From an uncultured Pirellulales bacterium (lineage in GTDB: Bacteria > Planctomycetota > Phycisphaerae > Sedimentisphaerales > Anaerobacaceae), in the NCBI GenBank assembly GCA_964631175.1, contig CAZVWH010000001.1, positions 32,952-96,951 on the forward strand: DNA of 64,000 nucleotides. Reading direction: 5' to 3'. The notes under the pieces are model-generated. The model saw only the letters and a program-made list of their open reading frames with translations. It was not told the origin of the DNA and did not search any database. The first letter of the stretch is position 1, and each line of letters opens with the position of its first letter. The position numbers and the translations under genes are program-made. This document shows positions 62,548 to 64,000 of the stretch, one piece after another.

Positions 62548-62736
62548 TTTCCCTTCGCTATTTGATTAAAAAATCTTCAACGTTGCTGCTTACACAAACA
62601 ACGCTTCCGGAAACATGAACTTTTATTTGCGCAAAGACTGTGCCAAAGATTGGTATGGCTGGATGAAATAAACGTAAGTAATTCTATAAGCAGAAGATAT
62701 AAAATTTCTGCTAAAAATGGCTTACTATATCTTTAT

Positions 62737-62750
62737 CTACAATATTGTAA
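62737..62750. promoter_or_regulatory. Fourth CTACAATATTGTAA box upstream of the porin gene
   Basis: 13/14 identical to the 61482 box, 190 nt upstream of start 62547. Confidence 0.4.
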
Positions 62751-63050
62751 ATATAGCGTTTTGTCCCGACATAAATGTAGATAATCCACATGATTAGATG
62801 TATTTTAGGTAGATGTTGTATTTATTAACTTGATAATCCTCTGTGGCTTGCTACAGGGTCAAGAACAGCATATTTCCTTATAAAATTTTTGGATACTCTG
62901 CGGTCTTGTAGCAGAGTTCTTCATTTTTTTGAACTTTTAGCTTGAATTTTGCGAATAAAATATTATGTTATATATGTAGAAGGGAATCGCAATTTTTATA
63001 ATCAGGAAGCCATGAAAGGTTGAATTTTGTCTGCAAAAATTCCTAAATCC

Positions 63051-63410
63051 ATGTTGTTTCGAGTATGTTTGTATCTGTCCCCAGATATAGAAGGGGTTTT
63101 TGTTGCACATTGCTTGGAACTCGACTTAATTGGAGAAGGGAATACCCCTGAAGAAGCTATTATCGAGCTTATACAAGCAATTGAACTTCAAGTTGAAACC
63201 TGCGAAAGTCCTTCCCAGCTTTTTTTCCCAGCGCCTGGTTGGGTATGGAAAAGATATAAGGAATCTAAACGAGCTGGGCGTGTTGTTTTGCAAAGAATTA
63301 TCGACCACGCCTTGCAAAGCCTTCCACAATTACATTACAAAGCAAGTTTTGAAGATATAGTAGCAACCAGCACTGTTCCACAAGAATACGTTAATGTGGC
63401 AAGTGTGTGA
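63051..63410 (+). CDS. hicB: HicB-like antitoxin (UPF0150 fold)
   Basis: GVFVAHCLELDLIGEGNTPEEAIIELIQAIELQVE matches the HicB N-domain pattern. 1-nt overlap (TGATG) with the next gene. Confidence 0.6.
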   Translation: MLFRVCLYLSPDIEGVFVAHCLELDLIGEGNTPEEAIIELIQAIELQVETCESPSQLFFPAPGWVWKRYKESKRAGRVVLQRIIDHALQSLPQLHYKASFEDIVATSTVPQEYVNVASV

Positions 63411-63649
63411 TGAAAGTTCCCCATATCTACTCTATTCGTGAATTAAAGAAGAAGGCCAAAAAGAAAGGTATTATTTGGATTGCGCAAAGAGGAAAGGGTG
63501 GTCATGGTATATTCAAAGGACCAGACACAAATGGCAAAATTAGGTCTTACCCTTTGCCAAGTGGTCAGCATAAAAACGAGGTAACCGGCATTTATTTAAG
63601 GGGATTTCTTCGCCGGTTTGGATTGACTGGGGATTTTCTTAATAATTAA
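63410..63649 (+). CDS. hicA: HicA-like mRNA interferase toxin
   Basis: About 80 aa and basic. RGKGGHGIFKGPD..GKIRSYPLPSGQHKNEVTGIYLRGFLRRFGL resembles HicA (G.H......vP.H..e...g.l..il...gl). Confidence 0.55.
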   Translation: MKVPHIYSIRELKKKAKKKGIIWIAQRGKGGHGIFKGPDTNGKIRSYPLPSGQHKNEVTGIYLRGFLRRFGLTGDFLNN

Positions 63650-63771
63650 AATCCTTTCAAATTAGGACACTACCCAAATTTGTATGTTATGCCAATTTAA
63701 ATGTACTTAGGATGGATGTCGTATTTTTTTATCTTGTAGTCCGTAACAAGATCTAACTTGCCCTATAGCGT

Positions 63772-64000
63772 TATGGGTCATTTAAATATACCGGTCTGTA
63801 ATTCAATATAAAGTCGCGTATCTTTTTCCGTTTCGGGTCATTCAGTTTATGACCAAACATAGGCAATTCTTTCAGTGTTTCCTTGTTATCTTTCTGTAAG
63901 AATTCCATTTCATAGACAGCAACCATTACCCCGGTGCGGGTAACTCCCTGGGCACAGTGAACGAGAGGAGGAACCTTGTCTGGCTCTTTAAATAAACCCA
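63772..64000 (-). CDS. Protein tyrosine/dual-specificity phosphatase, C-terminal part (gene runs off the right edge)
   Basis: Absent from the track. The reverse frame reads ..PPLVHCAQGVTRTGVMVAVYEMEF.., the HCx5R(T) P-loop signature. Stop TAA at 63774..63772. Confidence 0.6.

Overview
The window looks like a chromosomal segment from a PVC-type bacterium (Planctomycetota, Lentisphaerota or similar). That origin is inferred only from gene content: a prepilin-type GFTLIELLVV protein, ECF sigma/anti-sigma, LamG/dockerin-like secreted proteins and GLUG repeat proteins. All domain names come from motifs read by eye; no search was run.

- **Left third (1-22.8 kb):** housekeeping and polysaccharide genes (PolX fragment, CmcI-like methyltransferase, GH43, DUF72, radical SAM, SixA-like, DegT aminotransferase, HAD, MBL hydrolase, GH5). 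It also holds two paralogous GLUG-repeat surface proteins and a HEPN/MNT pair whose HEPN gene carries an in-frame TAG.
- **Middle (23-35 kb):** an AT-rich phospholipase D gene, GH130, an IS200/RAYT-like HUH transposase bracketed by inverted REP hairpins, GT4, a sugar dehydrogenase, exonuclease III, a GH99-like lipoprotein, a GIY-YIG gene and tRNA-Gln(CUG).
- **Most unusual feature (35.6-51.3 kb):** a head-to-tail array of five paralogous secreted mosaic proteins. They combine LamG, PA14, CBM-like domains and a 90-aa TYYWR[IV]DE repeat. All five share a C-terminal module in which a ConA-like domain appears nested inside a CBM-like sandwich.
  - The array contains a 739-bp perfect direct repeat with a decayed gene relic, and shows gene-conversion mosaicism.
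  - A sixth relative lies at 29.6 kb.
- **Right end (51.5-62.5 kb):** a complete nitrogen-assimilation cluster (porin-amtB-glnK-glnA-gltB-gltD), followed by hicBA and a truncated CX5R phosphatase.
- **Repeats:** the window is densely seeded with REP/MITE-like palindromic elements. One of them sits in frame inside gltB.
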